NCBI RefSeq assembly: GCF_009914755.1
Contig: NC_060936.1
Length of the DNA stretch: 64,000 nt
DNA from: the human T2T-CHM13v2.0 reference genome, Homo sapiens
Direction: 5' to 3' (one strand)
The number at the start of each line of letters is the position of its first letter. Within the stretch, counting starts at the first letter, position 1. Positions 1 to 22,945 of this stretch are shown piece by piece. The notes under the pieces are model-generated. The model was not told the DNA's origin. It did not search any database and worked only from the letters and a program-made list of their open reading frames with translations. The position numbers and the translations under genes were made by a program.

Positions 1-102
1 TTCATTCACTCAGCATTGGCTGGGCCCATCTTATACTCCAGATACCAGTGATATAAAGACAGCTAAGAGCATGCCTCACCACAGACAAAAAGAACTAAGC
101 CA

Positions 103-418
103 GCCGGGCGCCGTGGCTCACGCCTGTAATCCCAGCACTTTGGGAGGCCGAGGCGGGCAGATCACGAGGTCAGGATATCGAGGCCATCCTGGCTAACACG
201 GTGAAACCCCGTCTCTACTAAAAATACAAAAAATTAGTCGGACACGGTGGCGGGCGCCTGTAGTCCAGCTACTTGGGAGGCTGACGCAGGAGAATGGCGT
301 AAACCCGGGAGGCGGAGCTTGCAGTGAGCCGAGATCGCGCCACTCTACTCCAGCCTGGGCGACAGAGCGAGATTCGTCTCAAAAAAAAATAATAATAATA
401 ACAATAATAATTTTTTTA
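103..418 (+). mobile_element. AluY-type SINE with 16-bp TSD
   Basis: CpG-rich Alu with AluY-like diagnostics (agaatggcgt, gagcttgcag); TSD aaaaagaactaagcca at 87-102 and 419-434. Confidence 0.92.
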
Positions 419-716
419 AAAAAGAACTAAGCCATATAGATAAACAAGTACACAGAACTTGCCATTCTACTGTGTTAGAGCTATGTTTAAGGTGCAGTGG
501 GAGAGGGGGAAGGAGGGAACAAGCCACCTCTCAGATGGGAACCTCAGCACCCCACTCTTCCTCTTGGCCTTTCTTCTAAGCTTAACCTAGGTGTCAAGGA
601 GAGATGAGAAGAGAGAATAAGCAGTACCTTTCATAACGGGGAAAATGTAATTGTTAGAAAAGATAAAGAACCTAAAAGTTCATCAAATCTCTGTGCAAAT
701 TGTGAAACACAAGTCA

Positions 717-863
<147 letters not shown>

Positions 864-894
864 AAGTCACAATTATGTTTAATGGCATTTAATG

Positions 895-1107
895 AATGAA
901 GACATCGAGGACATTGTAAAAGTTGCACATTTTCCTTCAAGTTAGAAAATTAAAATGAAGAAAAATTAAAACGAAGACATCGAGGACATTGTAAAAGTTG
1001 CACATTTTCCTTCGTTAGAAAATTTAAATGAAGAAAAATTAAAATGAAGACATCGAGGACATTGTAAAAGTTGCACATTTTCCTTCAAGTTAGAAAATTA
1101 AAATGAA
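895..1107. repeat. Tandem repeat, ~75-bp unit, ~2.8 copies
   Basis: gacatcgaggacattgtaaaagttgcacattttccttc recurs at 901, 976 and 1049. Confidence 0.95.
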
Positions 1108-1451
1108 CCAAAAATGAAAATTTTGGTTGTGTTATGATGGGAAGAGAACCACATTAGGATGTTCAAGGAAGTGGTGCCACCCCAAATATTTGAGTCATAT
1201 TGCCCTATACCACCCTCCTTCACCTTACTAACCCTTCTGATCCAAGGAGCCAAGTGTTCTGATGAAGTAAGATGCATATAAATGCCTAATGTGAACCTTG
1301 AGGCATTCATTCATCTATTATTTGTCATCAAATATTCGTTGACTCCCATGTTCCAAGCACAGAGCAGTAGACAAAACAAAGTCCCTGCCCTTGCAGAGCT
1401 TGCATTCCAGTAGTGGGGAGCAAATTATACATATAAACAAATTAATTGGAT

Positions 1452-1638
1452 CAGGACTTCTCCACATCAGCACTATTGAAATTTTGGAGCAGACAACTCT
1501 TTGTTGTGGGGGGGTTGTCCTGGACACCCCTTGGCCTTTACCTACTGGATGCTAGTGGCACCCCCATTGAAAATGTCTCCAGACATTGTCAAATGCTCCC
1601 GTAGGGGGGCAAAATTGCCCCCTAGTTGAGAATCACTG
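1452..1638 (-). mobile_element. MER20 (hAT-Charlie) DNA transposon fossil, preceded by an L2 3' fragment (~1305-1440)
   Basis: Reverse complement matches recalled MER20 consensus (cagtgattctcaac...atgtctggagacatttt...tcaatagtgc...). Confidence 0.8.
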
Positions 1639-1721
1639 AATTAGATGATGATAAATCTTGCTTTCTTTAAATTATGCCAGTTTTACATATCTGGGAGGAA
1701 AATGAGCTGCAAAACTCACAC

Positions 1722-2321
1722 ATAGTTAGGAAAATAAATCTTGGGACCCCAAAATCACTAAGCCAAGGGAAAAGTCAAGCTGGAAACTATGTCAGGCAAA
1801 CCTGCCTCTCATTTTATTCTGAAATAAGATAGCTACAAAGATAAGAAGCTACATACCTCCCTCACAGTTTGCCCACAAGGAAATTCCCTGCGGACAAAGG
1901 GAAGACAGAACTTAAAAGTCATCCCTCTGAGGCTCACCTGAGACAAATGCACATCTGATTGCTTCCTCTGCAGTATTGTTTATGTAAAAATGCAGACTCC
2001 CTGGGCCAGACTAAGTTGTGTATTCTGTGGAAGGCTGATCAAGGATTCAAAAGAATGTAACATTTTGTCTCTTTTCTACTTCTAACATGGAATACCCCAC
2101 TTTGAGTTGTCTCGCCTTACCATACTGAACCAATGTACATCTTACACGTATTGACTGATGTCTCATATCTCCCTAAAATGTATAAAAGTAAGCTGTACCC
2201 CGACCACGTTAGGCACATGTTGTCAGGACCTCCTGAGGCTGTGGCCCTGGTGTGTCCTTAACTTTGGCAAAATAAACTTTCTAAATTGACTGAGACCTGT
2301 CTCAGATTTTTTGGATTCACA
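1722..2321 (+). mobile_element. MER4-family ERV1 solo LTR
   Basis: ggaaaataaatcttgggaccccaaaatcactaagc start; tataaaa, aataaa and terminal ...ttcaca. Confidence 0.8.
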
Positions 2322-2659
2322 TACTAAAGCTGCAATGAGGAGAACCAAAGATGCCAGCTGCGAAATGTTCTCATCACTTCTATAATGGACTTGTGTGGTT
2401 TGGGGCTACTCAGCGTCCATTATTCTCTTCCTGTACCAACTTTTGGTGCAGGAATGCCAACTTTTGGTGAGCCAAGGGTGGAGGTGTTTCTACCAGGAGA
2501 CACAATAAGGAAGTATTATTGAATTGGAATTTGAAAGTGCATTACTGAATTGCAATTGGTCTTTTTTGAGCTCCTCTTAAAACATAAAAATATGTTTGAA
2601 TGGTTAAGAATAGGATTGTAGTATTGGTAATTTTGCCTTACTATCAAAAGGAGTAGGAG

Positions 2660-3118
<459 letters not shown>

Positions 3119-3318
3119 CTATAGCCAGGTGACCAGTTGCAGAAACAAAGATAGTGGTCTCTATTGGCCTCTATATTTCTTTCCTTGCTGTAACATGTAT
3201 GTGGTGGATTGAAAATTTTACAGTTACAGTTCCAGAATGAAATATCCAAAATGTAAATTTGTTTCTTTTCCAAAAAAGTGTAATTAACTTAGCATTCAAA
3301 CACATCCACTGATGGTAA

Positions 3319-3462
<144 letters not shown>

Positions 3463-4265
3463 TAAATACCAGATTTAAGGTTGCGCAATTTCATTTGGAC
3501 CAAATCCTTAGTGTCCTTTGCCTTCTTTATGTCCTTACCATTTTTCCTTAAGGATGACCTTAGCTTCGGGGGCTTATGTATTGACTTGGTACTAAATAAG
3601 GGACATTTACTCTGTGAGTCATACTCTTGGCTTAGTGGCCTCCACTAAGATATAGCTTTTTTTCTCATTCGGTCTGCAGGAATTGTAGTGCATAGGCATC
3701 TGCTGTTGGTATCTGCAGCTTTACCTTGACCTCGGATTTAGATTTCCAGATACTCTGTGTATTAGTTAATGTAATGCTAGCTATGATGACAGATAAACTC
3801 CAAAAGTTCATTGGATTAATGCAACAAAAGTTTATTGGTGTCTTGTATGCCAGTCCAGTGTGGGAGTTCTTAATCAGTAAGTGGCTTTCCTCCATGTAGA
3901 AATTTAAGAACCCACCTATCTTTCATCTTGTGGCTCTGTCATTCTCTAAGGCAGAAGTTCCCATGCTTTCTTGGTTTATAGTGCCCGTAGAGTGTCAGTA
4001 ATATATTTTTAGGGCTGCAGACCAAAAGAAATACCTAACAGTTCTTTTTACTAAGTAGTTAGAGCCACACAATGCAATAGTAGTCATTTGCTCAGTATCC
4101 TACAGATGGTGCTACATGTCCCTCAAACATTTAAAGTATCCCAGAGAGCTCCGTTGATTGATTATAGTGTATTGTGCTACTACTGTTTCCCATGAGTATT
4201 TACTATATTCTCAGGTACACTCTGTGCATTCACTGTGGTTGCCAAACTGTGTGCGGGAACCATAA

Positions 4266-4778
<513 letters not shown>

Positions 4779-5603
4779 TAAGAGCGCGCATTTCTGGTAG
4801 GCAGCCAGCTGTTTCTGACACACTTGGCAACCTCTTCATCCTGACTTGGATACTCTTGGGTCGTTTGGCTCATTCTCAAACCCCTCTGAGCCCTGCGGGA
4901 GTGGCAATAGGGCCTGAAAGCTAGTCTGATCTAGTGTGCATCAATTAATGAGCCAGCCATTGGGTTCATCTCCCCAAACATCTCCCTCAGTTATTGCTAC
5001 TTTACAACTCAGGTGCCATGTGGGATTATATGGGTCCTATTCAAGGCTTGCAATTTTATGGGTATGTTCTGGAAAGTTTAAACATGTCTGCTCTGGTAAT
5101 TAGAGACCTACTTTGAGTTTCTATTAGCAAACATTTCCACACTCTGCCTCACCCATCAAACAGATGACTCCCCCGCTAACGAGGAGGACAGTCCTAGACC
5201 CTTCACATCGACCCATTATGTATTTATCTCATCAGCTCTTCAAACTTTTTACTTCTGTGGGCAGGAACGAATTCAACATTAACATATATTGTTATTCTAA
5301 TTTATTGTTCTTTAGTATATCATATGCTCTTCTGTTTCAGTCTGTTTTTCCATTTTCCAAGTTTTGATATTTCAAAACATTTTTCTCTTTCAGATTCATA
5401 GATCTTATGTTTTCATGGCTTTGAAGACTATTGTCTCTGTACACACAAGGTCTCAGAAAGCCACAGAGTTTACCCTTTGGTCTTCTGATATTTTTGTTTT
5501 TTCCTCCCTTAAGCAATAAGCCTTTGCCTTTTGGAATAAATATAGCTGTGAAAGATTTACTAGGTTAAATAAGAATTTCTCAAAAGAAAAATATGTAGAG
5601 TAA

Positions 5604-5929
<326 letters not shown>

Positions 5930-6051
5930 TTAGACTACCATCTAACTACAATTATGAACATTTACTTATGTAATTGATTTTTCTTTTCTATTTTTTCCTC
6001 CATTATTGCGTGTAGGTTGTGTTGGTGGTTAAATTTACTCTTTGGGATTTA

Positions 6052-6285
<234 letters not shown>

Positions 6286-7221
6286 TCATAAATCCCAGGT
6301 TTGGGCTCAATGCCTATGGAGCTTGTCTTGACCACTTATAACCGTCTGTCCTGTCTGTCTGTCCTCTCATCTATGCACTTGCCTGTCCTTTATACATGCT
6401 GCTGGCCTGTGAGTGTCTTGTAAATTGGGTACAACAGGAGGGGCTGCCATTGGTCAGTGATTATAAGGCTGTTATAGCATGTCTTGGCTTTAGGACCATG
6501 GTTTTAGGGGTGAGATTTGAATCAGGAATGGATTGACTACAGCAGGAGAGGTAGAGGTTAAGAAAGAAATTGCTGTACAAGCTGAATACTGATTAAGCAG
6601 TTTATTGTTACTATTATTTTTCTAGAGACAACAAAGTTATGAACTTTTTATCCTACTGGTAGGCTTTTCTTTCCCATCCTTACCTTCAAAGAGGCTGAAA
6701 AAGGCACTTCTGAATACTTTTAGGGCCAAGAGCATTTTCTGCATTGCTTGAGGGATGCAATTTTTACTTAATTGTTCCTTTTTCATTATTTCCCTAAACC
6801 TTTTCCTCTAGCTCTTTCCTAAATTGTGTGGCTGCATTCTTGAGTAGCTGCCACCAACTTCCTCTATTTACATTTCTTCTCCCAGGTTTACGATCTTAGT
6901 ATCTTCTCTTCATTCTACAGAAAAAAAGTACAAATGCCAAATACAAACAGTTAACTAGACATAATCCTTTCTTAGTGGTATTGAGCCTTGACTGTAGATG
7001 TGAAACACTCCTATATTAAATATCCACAGCTCTTCTTTCAGGTTGTAGGAAAGGATTTAAGCCTTAATGGTACTGGCATAACAATGACTAAATGAAAAGT
7101 GCCTGATAAATATTTGATGAGTCTGGCTGCTACTGATTAATGAAGACAGTAAGAAGAACAATTGTAGGCAGTCAATTCTTGAAAAGTGGCTAGAAATTAA
7201 CATTTAAATATAACCCAGGGT

Positions 7222-7345
7222 TGGCTGGGCTTAGTGGTTCATGCCTGTAATGCCAGTACTTTGGGAGGCTCAGGCAGAAGGATCACTTGAGGCCAGGAGT
7301 TCAAGATGAGACTGGGCAACATAGCAAGATCCATCTCTACGCACA

Positions 7346-7383
<38 letters not shown>

Positions 7384-7549
7384 GCTAGGTGAGGTGACAC
7401 ATGACCTAGTTCCATCTACTCAAAAGGCTGAGGTGAGGTGAGAGGATCCCTTGAGCTCAGGAGTTTTAGGCTGCAGTGAGCTATGAGTGTGCCATTGCAC
7501 TCCAGCCTGGGCAACAGAACCAGACCCTGTCTCTAAATAAATAAATAAA
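7222..7549 (+). mobile_element. Alu (AluJ-like) with (CA)n/poly-A expanded linker
   Basis: Diverged dimeric Alu. Confidence 0.85.
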
Positions 7550-8416
7550 ACCCAGGCTCAAAACTCCAGAATTTGTTTCTAGGAAAAGATCACATTTCAG
7601 CCTGGACAGACACCTCCTGGATACAGGAAATTGAGTTAGAAACTGTGCATATCAATCTTCTCTACAACTGTCCTCTGAGGAGTTCTGAGGAGCAGTGCCA
7701 AAAGACATTTGAATACTCTCTCTGTTGAGAAACACACTGTCTACCAACTCTTTTAATTTTAAGATGAATGATCAGAAACAAGAATGAACATGACATGGAA
7801 TCGTTGAAAGATATCGCAGAATGAGAAAAAGGGGGCATGTCTTGAAATCTTGGATTTGTAATCTTGGTAGATTTCTAAAACTACCAATTTAAGGAAATGA
7901 AATAATATTTTAGAAAATGTTTTGACATCTTCCACAGAGTATGAACAAACATGGCCTGCAAGAGCAAAACATCTGTAAAGAAAAACAGGATATAAGGAAA
8001 ATGCATGAGATGAAAAGGGAAGATGAGTAGAATAAGAAAGTGTTGATAGAAAATTGAAAATTTAATAGTGGAAATTAACGTTTCCATTGGAGACAATAGT
8101 AAAATGGAGAAACTGACAGTGTTAAAAAATTGAAATTGCTAACTCAATTTCAAGGACAAATTGATAAAGCTCTCCAAGAAGAAGGAGGAAAGATAAAAAG
8201 ATTAAAATGAAAAGGAAGATAAAGGTAAGAGACACAAAAGACTGCAGAATTCAAGCAAAAACTGAGATGTTTCTGACCATGCAATCAAACTAATTAGAAT
8301 AGAATCACGGATGAAAACACTATCAAGAAAACTTTTCTGAGGTGAAAAAGAGATCTAAGTGTTTCTCCTGATATGATGTGATGGAAGAGGCACAAATCAT
8401 GAGGATAAAATCTGAC

Positions 8417-8520
8417 TGGGCTGACTCAAGGGTACATGACATGCATAGTCAAACAGGGCCCCAGCTTTAAAGGGGCCCACATTTGATTTAATGCTCTGCT
8501 GTCACTGTCTTTAAATTCTT
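8417..8520 (+). mobile_element. Truncated MER45-like DNA transposon
   Basis: cagggcccc...ggggcccac...tttaatgctctgctgtcactgtctttaaattctta resembles MER45A; cut off at the Alu junction. Confidence 0.6.
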
Positions 8521-8730
8521 ACCCAGGATGGAGTGCAATGGCACAGTCACGGCTCACCACAGCCTCGACCTCCCAGGTGATCCTCCCATCTCAGCCTCTC
8601 AGCTCGCTGGGATTACAAGTGTGTGCCATCACGCCTGACTAATTTAAAAATTAGCCAGGCATGATGGCACACACCTGGGTGCGTGGGTGACAGAGCAAGA
8701 CTCCGTCTCAAGAAAAAAAAAGAAAAGAAA
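8521..8730. mobile_element. Fused inverted Alu right-arm fragments
   Basis: Minus-strand right arm lacking its tail is joined at the A-rich linker to a plus-strand fragment with an internal deletion and an A tail. Confidence 0.8.
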
Positions 8731-9226
8731 GGATTACTTTGATATACTTCAATTGATTGACAAGTCAAAATTAAGACCCGAAGAATAGAGAAGTCATAAT
8801 GTAAAATTTTGAAGAGGAATCTCATGCAGTTTAGTAAATTCAGGAATCAAATTTGTTGGGTATTCTAAGGTGGATCCTGCAACCTTGGGGGCAGCTTGCC
8901 CCTCAGAGCTCTCATTAGCAGAACTGTATTTTTCTTCTGCTTCCTTTTTGCCCAGTGATACATTTTGTGTTTCTCAAGCTACATTCTTCATAGCACAGCT
9001 CAGATGAAATCTTTGCTGTGGTTGATGACCACATAAACCACTTACAGATCCTTTTCTGTACAACACTTGCTACCAAGTACCTTGGTTGAAACACCGTGTC
9101 AGCAAGAATTATGTAACAGAAGCAAAGTTACATAAAAACCATAATGGCCATTTCCATTGTCAAACAAATTAAGCAATGATTTTGTACATTGCTGACATCC
9201 TGACAACTCCCATTGAATAATGGGTC

Positions 9227-9377
9227 TTTTTTTTTTTTTTTTTTCCTGAGACAGAGTCTTGCTCTGTTGCAGTGGTGCGATCCTGGCTCACTGCAACCTC
9301 CACGTCCTGGGTTCAAGCAATTCTCCTGCCTCGGCCCCCTGAGTAGCTGGGATTATAGGCACGAGCCACCATGCCAG

Positions 9378-9428
<51 letters not shown>

Positions 9429-9561
9429 TTTTTTTGTATTTTTAGTAGAGATGGGGTTTCACCATGTTGGCCAGGCTGGTCTCAAACTCCTGATCTCGTG
9501 ATCCACCCACCTCGGCCTCCCAAAGTGCTGGGATTACAGGTGTGAGCCACCACGCCTGGCC
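9227..9561 (-). mobile_element. Alu with (TA)n microsatellite in the central linker
   Basis: Reverse Alu; (TA) run at ~9381-9425. Confidence 0.9.
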
Positions 9562-9932
9562 AATGTGTCATGTTTTTAAAAATTAGCTGTGAAAAACAAA
9601 TGACTAAGGGGCGATATATGAAACAGCCAGGAAGCCCATCCTCTTATTGTTCATCTTGCAGGGAATGCTCCCACGTGCTTGCAAATTGTAGGATCTTGGC
9701 TAAGCTAAACTAGGATTCATGTTTGGATATGTCCGATGAATGCATGTATCCATCTGCCGGAGTTGATTTGTGCTGAGAAAAGAAACTGGGGAAGTAGACT
9801 TGTATGAAGGCACTTGGTGGAAGGCAGAATGGGTGAAGAGAAGGAGGAAGGGATGGCAAGAAATACATGATGTCTCCCCTATAATTTGCTTGCCTTTTTA
9901 ACTCAGTTTGAGCTCTTTAAAGAGAAAAGGAT

Positions 9933-10278
<346 letters not shown>

Positions 10279-11089
10279 TCAAGAAGGAATTTGCGAGGCG
10301 TGGGGCCATCAGAGCATTGTTCTGATGCCAGATCATAGCACGGGCCACAGAACAGGGAAGAGAAACTTACTTTTCATGTCAGCATAATTTCCACCAAGTA
10401 AAACTGTGGTTGGCAGGGCACGGGGGTGCGCACCTGAAGTTCCAGATACTAGGCCCAGGAGTTCGAGGCTACAGTGAGGTATGACCGCACAGCTGCATTC
10501 CAGCCTGGGCAACAGAGCAAGATCTCATCTCTAAAAAAACAAAAACAAAAACAAAAACACTGCAGGGAAGGCCAAATTGCATTGACACCATTAAGATAAA
10601 ATGTGTACATACAGCAAAACTCCACCACAATGCTATGAGCAGAGTCTCAAAATTAAAATAGTTAAATATGAAGGACACATTTTTGCAAGTTTAATGAAAT
10701 GAAAATGGTGGCTGGAGGTGGGGGGATGGGAATGAATTGCCAATTGTATCATATCAAATTTGTTTTACTAGAGCAAAGGGAATAATAATGAGAGCAGATT
10801 ATAATGGATGTCTCTGTACTGGGATTTTTGGGTGATTTTGTTTCACTACATGTCAGTATTTGTTGCCCAGGCTGGTCTCGAACTCTTGGGCTCAAGTAAT
10901 CTTCCTGCTTCAGCCTCCCCAGTAGCTGGGACTACAGTTATGCACAACTGTGCCTGGATCCAATTTTCCAAAATTATATGATAAAAATATAGTAGTTTTC
11001 TCATTTAAAAATTTTAAATTTAAAATAGCCACAGGAAATTTCATCTTATGTAAGCAAAATGTCTGAAGGTGTCCTGATTTCCTGATTGA

Positions 11090-12012
<923 letters not shown>

Positions 12013-12595
12013 TGAATTATTTCACTCTAAAACTTTCCAGGGGAGTTGGCATTTTCCCTGGCTTTAAAGTCTTGCTTATACCATCACGGTAACTAGAGGC
12101 TTTCTTCTTTCATTTTTGGCTTGTTGTTTTAATCTGCTATGCTGATATCTGGCAGTTCAGCTCTCTTTCAGCTCAGCTGAGCTCCTGACAAATCTGAGGT
12201 CTAATTTACCTTAAGCCAAAAGATAGTTAAAAATTAAATTAATTTAATCATAGTTTTATTCCAATAAGGATGTGTGAAGTGCCTACTATATTCCAGGCAG
12301 TATGCTAAGCTTTGTGGATATGGAGATAAATAAATTATAGCTTCTGCCTTTAAGAGAGTCAGGTTTGAAGAGGCCTAGAAGGAAAGTAGCTGGTTGCTTT
12401 GAGGGGCACAGAGAATGAGCACTCAGCACAGATGGGACGTGAGATGCCACAGAAGTCCTGCAAGAGGAGGTGATGGTTGAGATGAATCCCAAAGCGTAAG
12501 AGAAGAATGTGGAAGAGATTCTGCAGCATAAGCAAAGTCATTGTCGGCATCAGCAACAAAATCATTAACCTGAATTATTGATTACCTCCTACATA

Positions 12596-17132
<4,537 letters not shown>

Positions 17133-17138
17133 TTTATA

Positions 17139-17430
17139 TAATTGGCCCTCCATATCTGCAGGTTTTGCATCCTCAGATTTAACCAATTGACAAATGAAAA
17201 TATTAACAAACAGAACAATAAAAAATAATATAAGCAATACAGTATAACAACTATTTACATAGCATTTAGATTGCATTATGTATTGCAAATAATGTAGAGA
17301 TGATTTAAAGTATTTGTGAATATGTGTAGTATGTGTATAGGCTATATGCAAATACTACCCCATTTTATATAAGGGACTTGAGAATTTATGAATTTTGGTT
17401 TATGAGGGGTTCTGGAACCAATCCTTCATG
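17139..17430 (+). mobile_element. MER2-family Tigger-derived element, right end missing
   Basis: ggccctccatatctgcaggttttgcatcc...tatgcaaatactac...ttctggaaccaatcc. Confidence 0.75.
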
Positions 17431-18295
17431 TACATATATATATATAAATCTTTATATATATTCATATATATTCATACATATTCATACATATATTCATACA
17501 TATATTCATATATATTCATACATATATTCATATATATTCATATATATTTATATATATTCATCTATATTCATATATATTCATCTATATTCATATATATATT
17601 CTCATATATATGTCCATATATATATTCTCATATATATGTCCATATATATATTCTCATATATATGTCCATATATATACTCATATGTATGTCCATATATATT
17701 CTCATATGTATGTCCATATATATGTCCATATATATGCTCATATATGTTCATATATATTTTCATATATGTCCATATATATGTTCATATATATGTTCATATA
17801 TGTCCATATATATGTTCATATATGTCCATGTATGTTCATATATGTCCATATATATGTTCATATATGTCCATGTATGTTCATATATATGTTCATATATGTT
17901 CATGTCTATGTTCATATATATATTCATATCTATGTTCATATATGTTCATATATATTCATATATATTCATATATATTCATATATTCATATATATGTTCATA
18001 TATATTCATATATATTCATATATTCATATATATGTTCATATATATTCATATATTCATATATATGTTCATATATATTCATATATGTTCATATATATTCATA
18101 TATATTCATATATACATATATATTCATATATATTCATATATACATATATATTCATATATATTCATATATACATATATAATCATATATATTCATATATTCA
18201 TAAATATTTTCATATATATTCATTATATATTCATATATACACACATACATTTTATATATACATATGTATAATTTCATATATGCATAATGTATATA
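17431..18295. repeat. TA-rich minisatellite built from (TTCATATATA)n and variants (GTCCATATAT, GTTCATATAT, CTCATATAT)
   Basis: Directly visible low-complexity array. Confidence 0.95.
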
Positions 18296-18353
18296 AAATG
18301 CTATGAGATGGACTTTCTGTTTAGGTTTAGTTTTGTATTTTTGTTTAGGACTA

Positions 18354-18741
<388 letters not shown>

Positions 18742-18986
18742 CAGAGCTTCCACAGATAAGTGCCCAGTGATAGTTAATACCAATAAATACCCCAGGAAGT
18801 TAGGGGAAGAAGACATATGTTCTAGTCTGAAGGGGCTCTTAGAGGAGGTGGAATTCAAGCTGAGTCCAAAAGACAGATCATATGTAGTTAGGAGGAAGGA
18901 AGGCATGGGAACAGATATGAACAAGCTCAAGCCAAAAGGAGAAGGCACTGAGGTGTAAGAGGGGTGTGCCCCTCCTTCCTGCCTAG

Positions 18987-20000
<1,014 letters not shown>

Positions 20001-20134
20001 TATTCAACCCTCCTTAAGCACATACTTTTGTATGTTAGTGATGCTATCTTTCTGACCATGATCATAATTCTGACACGTCTTTGCTAAAGTAGAAAAAAAA
20101 AAGCAACAATAGTGAACACTTCAAACACAGCAAC

Positions 20135-21340
20135 TGTTACAGGATCTCTGGGGTGTCAATTTTCTGGCTGGAAACCTCTGTGGCAGGTGGTGCCTTTGCC
20201 CGAGTTCTTGTCCTGCATCCAATAAGAATGAGGTAACAGACAAGTGAAGGGTGAATAAGACAAAGATGATCTTTACTAAGTGTTAAAACAGCTCAGAGGA
20301 GAGCCGCAGTGGGTAGCTCCTCTCTGTAGGTAGGTTGTCTGTGGAGTGTTCAGCTCTCAGCAGAACAGAGGCCCTGGAGAGGGCTGCTCCTTTCTGCTAC
20401 TGGTCTTCCCAATGTCTGCTGCTCTCAGCAGAAAGGAGGCCCTGAAGAGGGTTGCTCCTGTCTACAGAGGGTCATCCCACCCCATTGTTTCTCCCTCTCT
20501 GAGTCCTCTCCATCCTCTGCCCTGTTCTGACTGAGCCCGGGGCTTTTATGGACCTCAGAGGGGATGAAGTGCAGGCTGATTGGTCCATGGGCAGCCATGG
20601 GCAGCCAGAAGAAGCACCATGAGTCCCCACTCCCGTCAGCAGGACTGGCAGCCCACAGGCCTTCAAGTCCTTTTGTTAGGACTACATGGCTTCCTCCCTG
20701 GCCTGAAGGTGGAGCCTCACTGGGGATCTGCCCCCTTCCACCCGGGAATCTATCTGTTTCCTTCTGCCATTCTTGGCCCCAGGGCTCAGCCTCAACCCTG
20801 CTCCCAGATCACAGTGGGCACAGGGAGTGGAGAGAGGCCAGGCAGGGAGAGCAGACACCGCCAAGCCTGCAGAGACAGGGTGGGGGGGGGCCCTTACCGG
20901 GGTCCCAGGGGTGCAGGCTGCAAAGACTCTTGGGTCCTGCGCTAACTCTGAAGGGTGCAACTCGGAAGGCGTGGGGCTTCTGCTTGTCTCAGGCTCCTGC
21001 CTGCCTGTTCTGTGGAGCCTGGTAGGCCCAGGTCTGCAGCCGTTGAGTCTATGGCCAGAGATTCTGCCTGCTCCTGGGCCCCCCAAGAACCCAGGGAGGC
21101 TCAGATCCACAGCAGCAGTTTGGGCGGTTGCAGCCCCACCCAGGAGAGCAGGGCTTCTGCCTGCTCCGTGGAGCGGGAGGCCTGGGTTTGCAGCTTGCAT
21201 TCGGGCAGCTGCTGCCGCACTCGGGGAGCTCCCAACTTAACTCTGAAGGGGCGGGGCTCCCCCTGGCTCCATGTAGTGTGCAGCCCCAGCCCCGTGCCTC
21301 CTTGCCGCAGCCAGCGTGATGGCAGCAGCCACTGCCATCA
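20135..21340 (-). mobile_element. MER52-family ERV1 solo LTR (GC-rich)
   Basis: tgttac...tgccatca termini; flanks caac/aaac fit a 4-bp TSD with one mismatch; internal repeats gctctcagcagaa.ggaggccctg. Confidence 0.75.
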
Positions 21341-21502
21341 AAACCAGTTAATTTCTGGTTGGAGGAGTTCTGCTAAAGGAAAGTACCAGGGTTGCCCTTG
21401 AATCTCCAGAGCAGGAAGCCCAGGCCAACTCTTTGGCATTTAGGAAGTGAGGATAAACTCTGACTCTCAGAGGTGGTGTAGTCTCTCCTCCTTGTTTGCT
21501 TA

Positions 21503-21872
<370 letters not shown>

Positions 21873-22572
21873 CTACATGACCTGCCATCTTCATCACTCA
21901 ACTCTGATTGACTTGTGACTTCCTGCAGCATTTCCTAGAAAATGGAATTGGCCCTGCAGGGGTTAGTGGTTTACCTTATTCCAATCAGCTGTGACCAGGG
22001 GAGCATATTTACAGCTATGCACAGGGCTCTTTCACCCTTTTGGCAGGGGTTAGGTGAGGGATAGTTTACACAGAGGATCTGAGCACCTAAGGATTTCTAT
22101 CAATACAAGAGAACTTGAAGCAGATACTGAAAATTGGTTCCCTTTTAATCACTTTCTAGTTTGGCTCCTTGAAAGTTTAACACCATTTCTCAGACTTCTT
22201 TGCAGCTAGGACTGTGCCAAGCAGAAGCTAGATCATGTACAGAGTCCTAGCTGCAAAGAAGTGGAAATCTTGGAGTAATGTGAAGAGGCCACCACATTTG
22301 GGGAGATAGTATTTTCGGCAGGCAGGTGGCAGAGGCGACTAGTTCTTCCGGGGCAGCTGTGGTGCAGTTTCCAGCATACAGTCTCTCATGGTATAGGTGC
22401 CAAGCAGTGCCTGCTGTGGTGTTTTTCTGAAATAGTTCTCTGTCGTGACTAGTTATTGTTTCTGGATTCTCCTGGCTTTGCGAGGGTAAGCGTCTGGAAA
22501 CTTTTATGGCAGTTGGATATTGTCACAACATGCAAGCATGTAATTTTTGTGGTTTTAAAAGTATTATTCTGA

Positions 22573-22945
<373 letters not shown>

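Noticed and set aside
895-1107. Repeats with short intervening segments, superficially CRISPR-like
   Set aside because: The intervening segments are themselves repeated rather than unique spacers; eukaryotic context with no cas genes
7560-8400. Purine-rich stretch that looks coding on the plus strand
   Set aside because: Multiple stops; most likely an ancient L1/HAL1 ORF1-like fossil that I cannot assign with confidence
17333-18306. Longest ORFs in the window (312, 303 and 189 aa, rich in Y/I/H/S)
   Set aside because: Artefact of a TA-rich array with no stop codons on the plus strand; all three frames are open and there is no domain content
20564-21401. Overlapping 120-170 aa ORFs on both strands
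   Set aside because: They lie within a GC-rich MER52 LTR where stops are rare; no recognisable protein motifs
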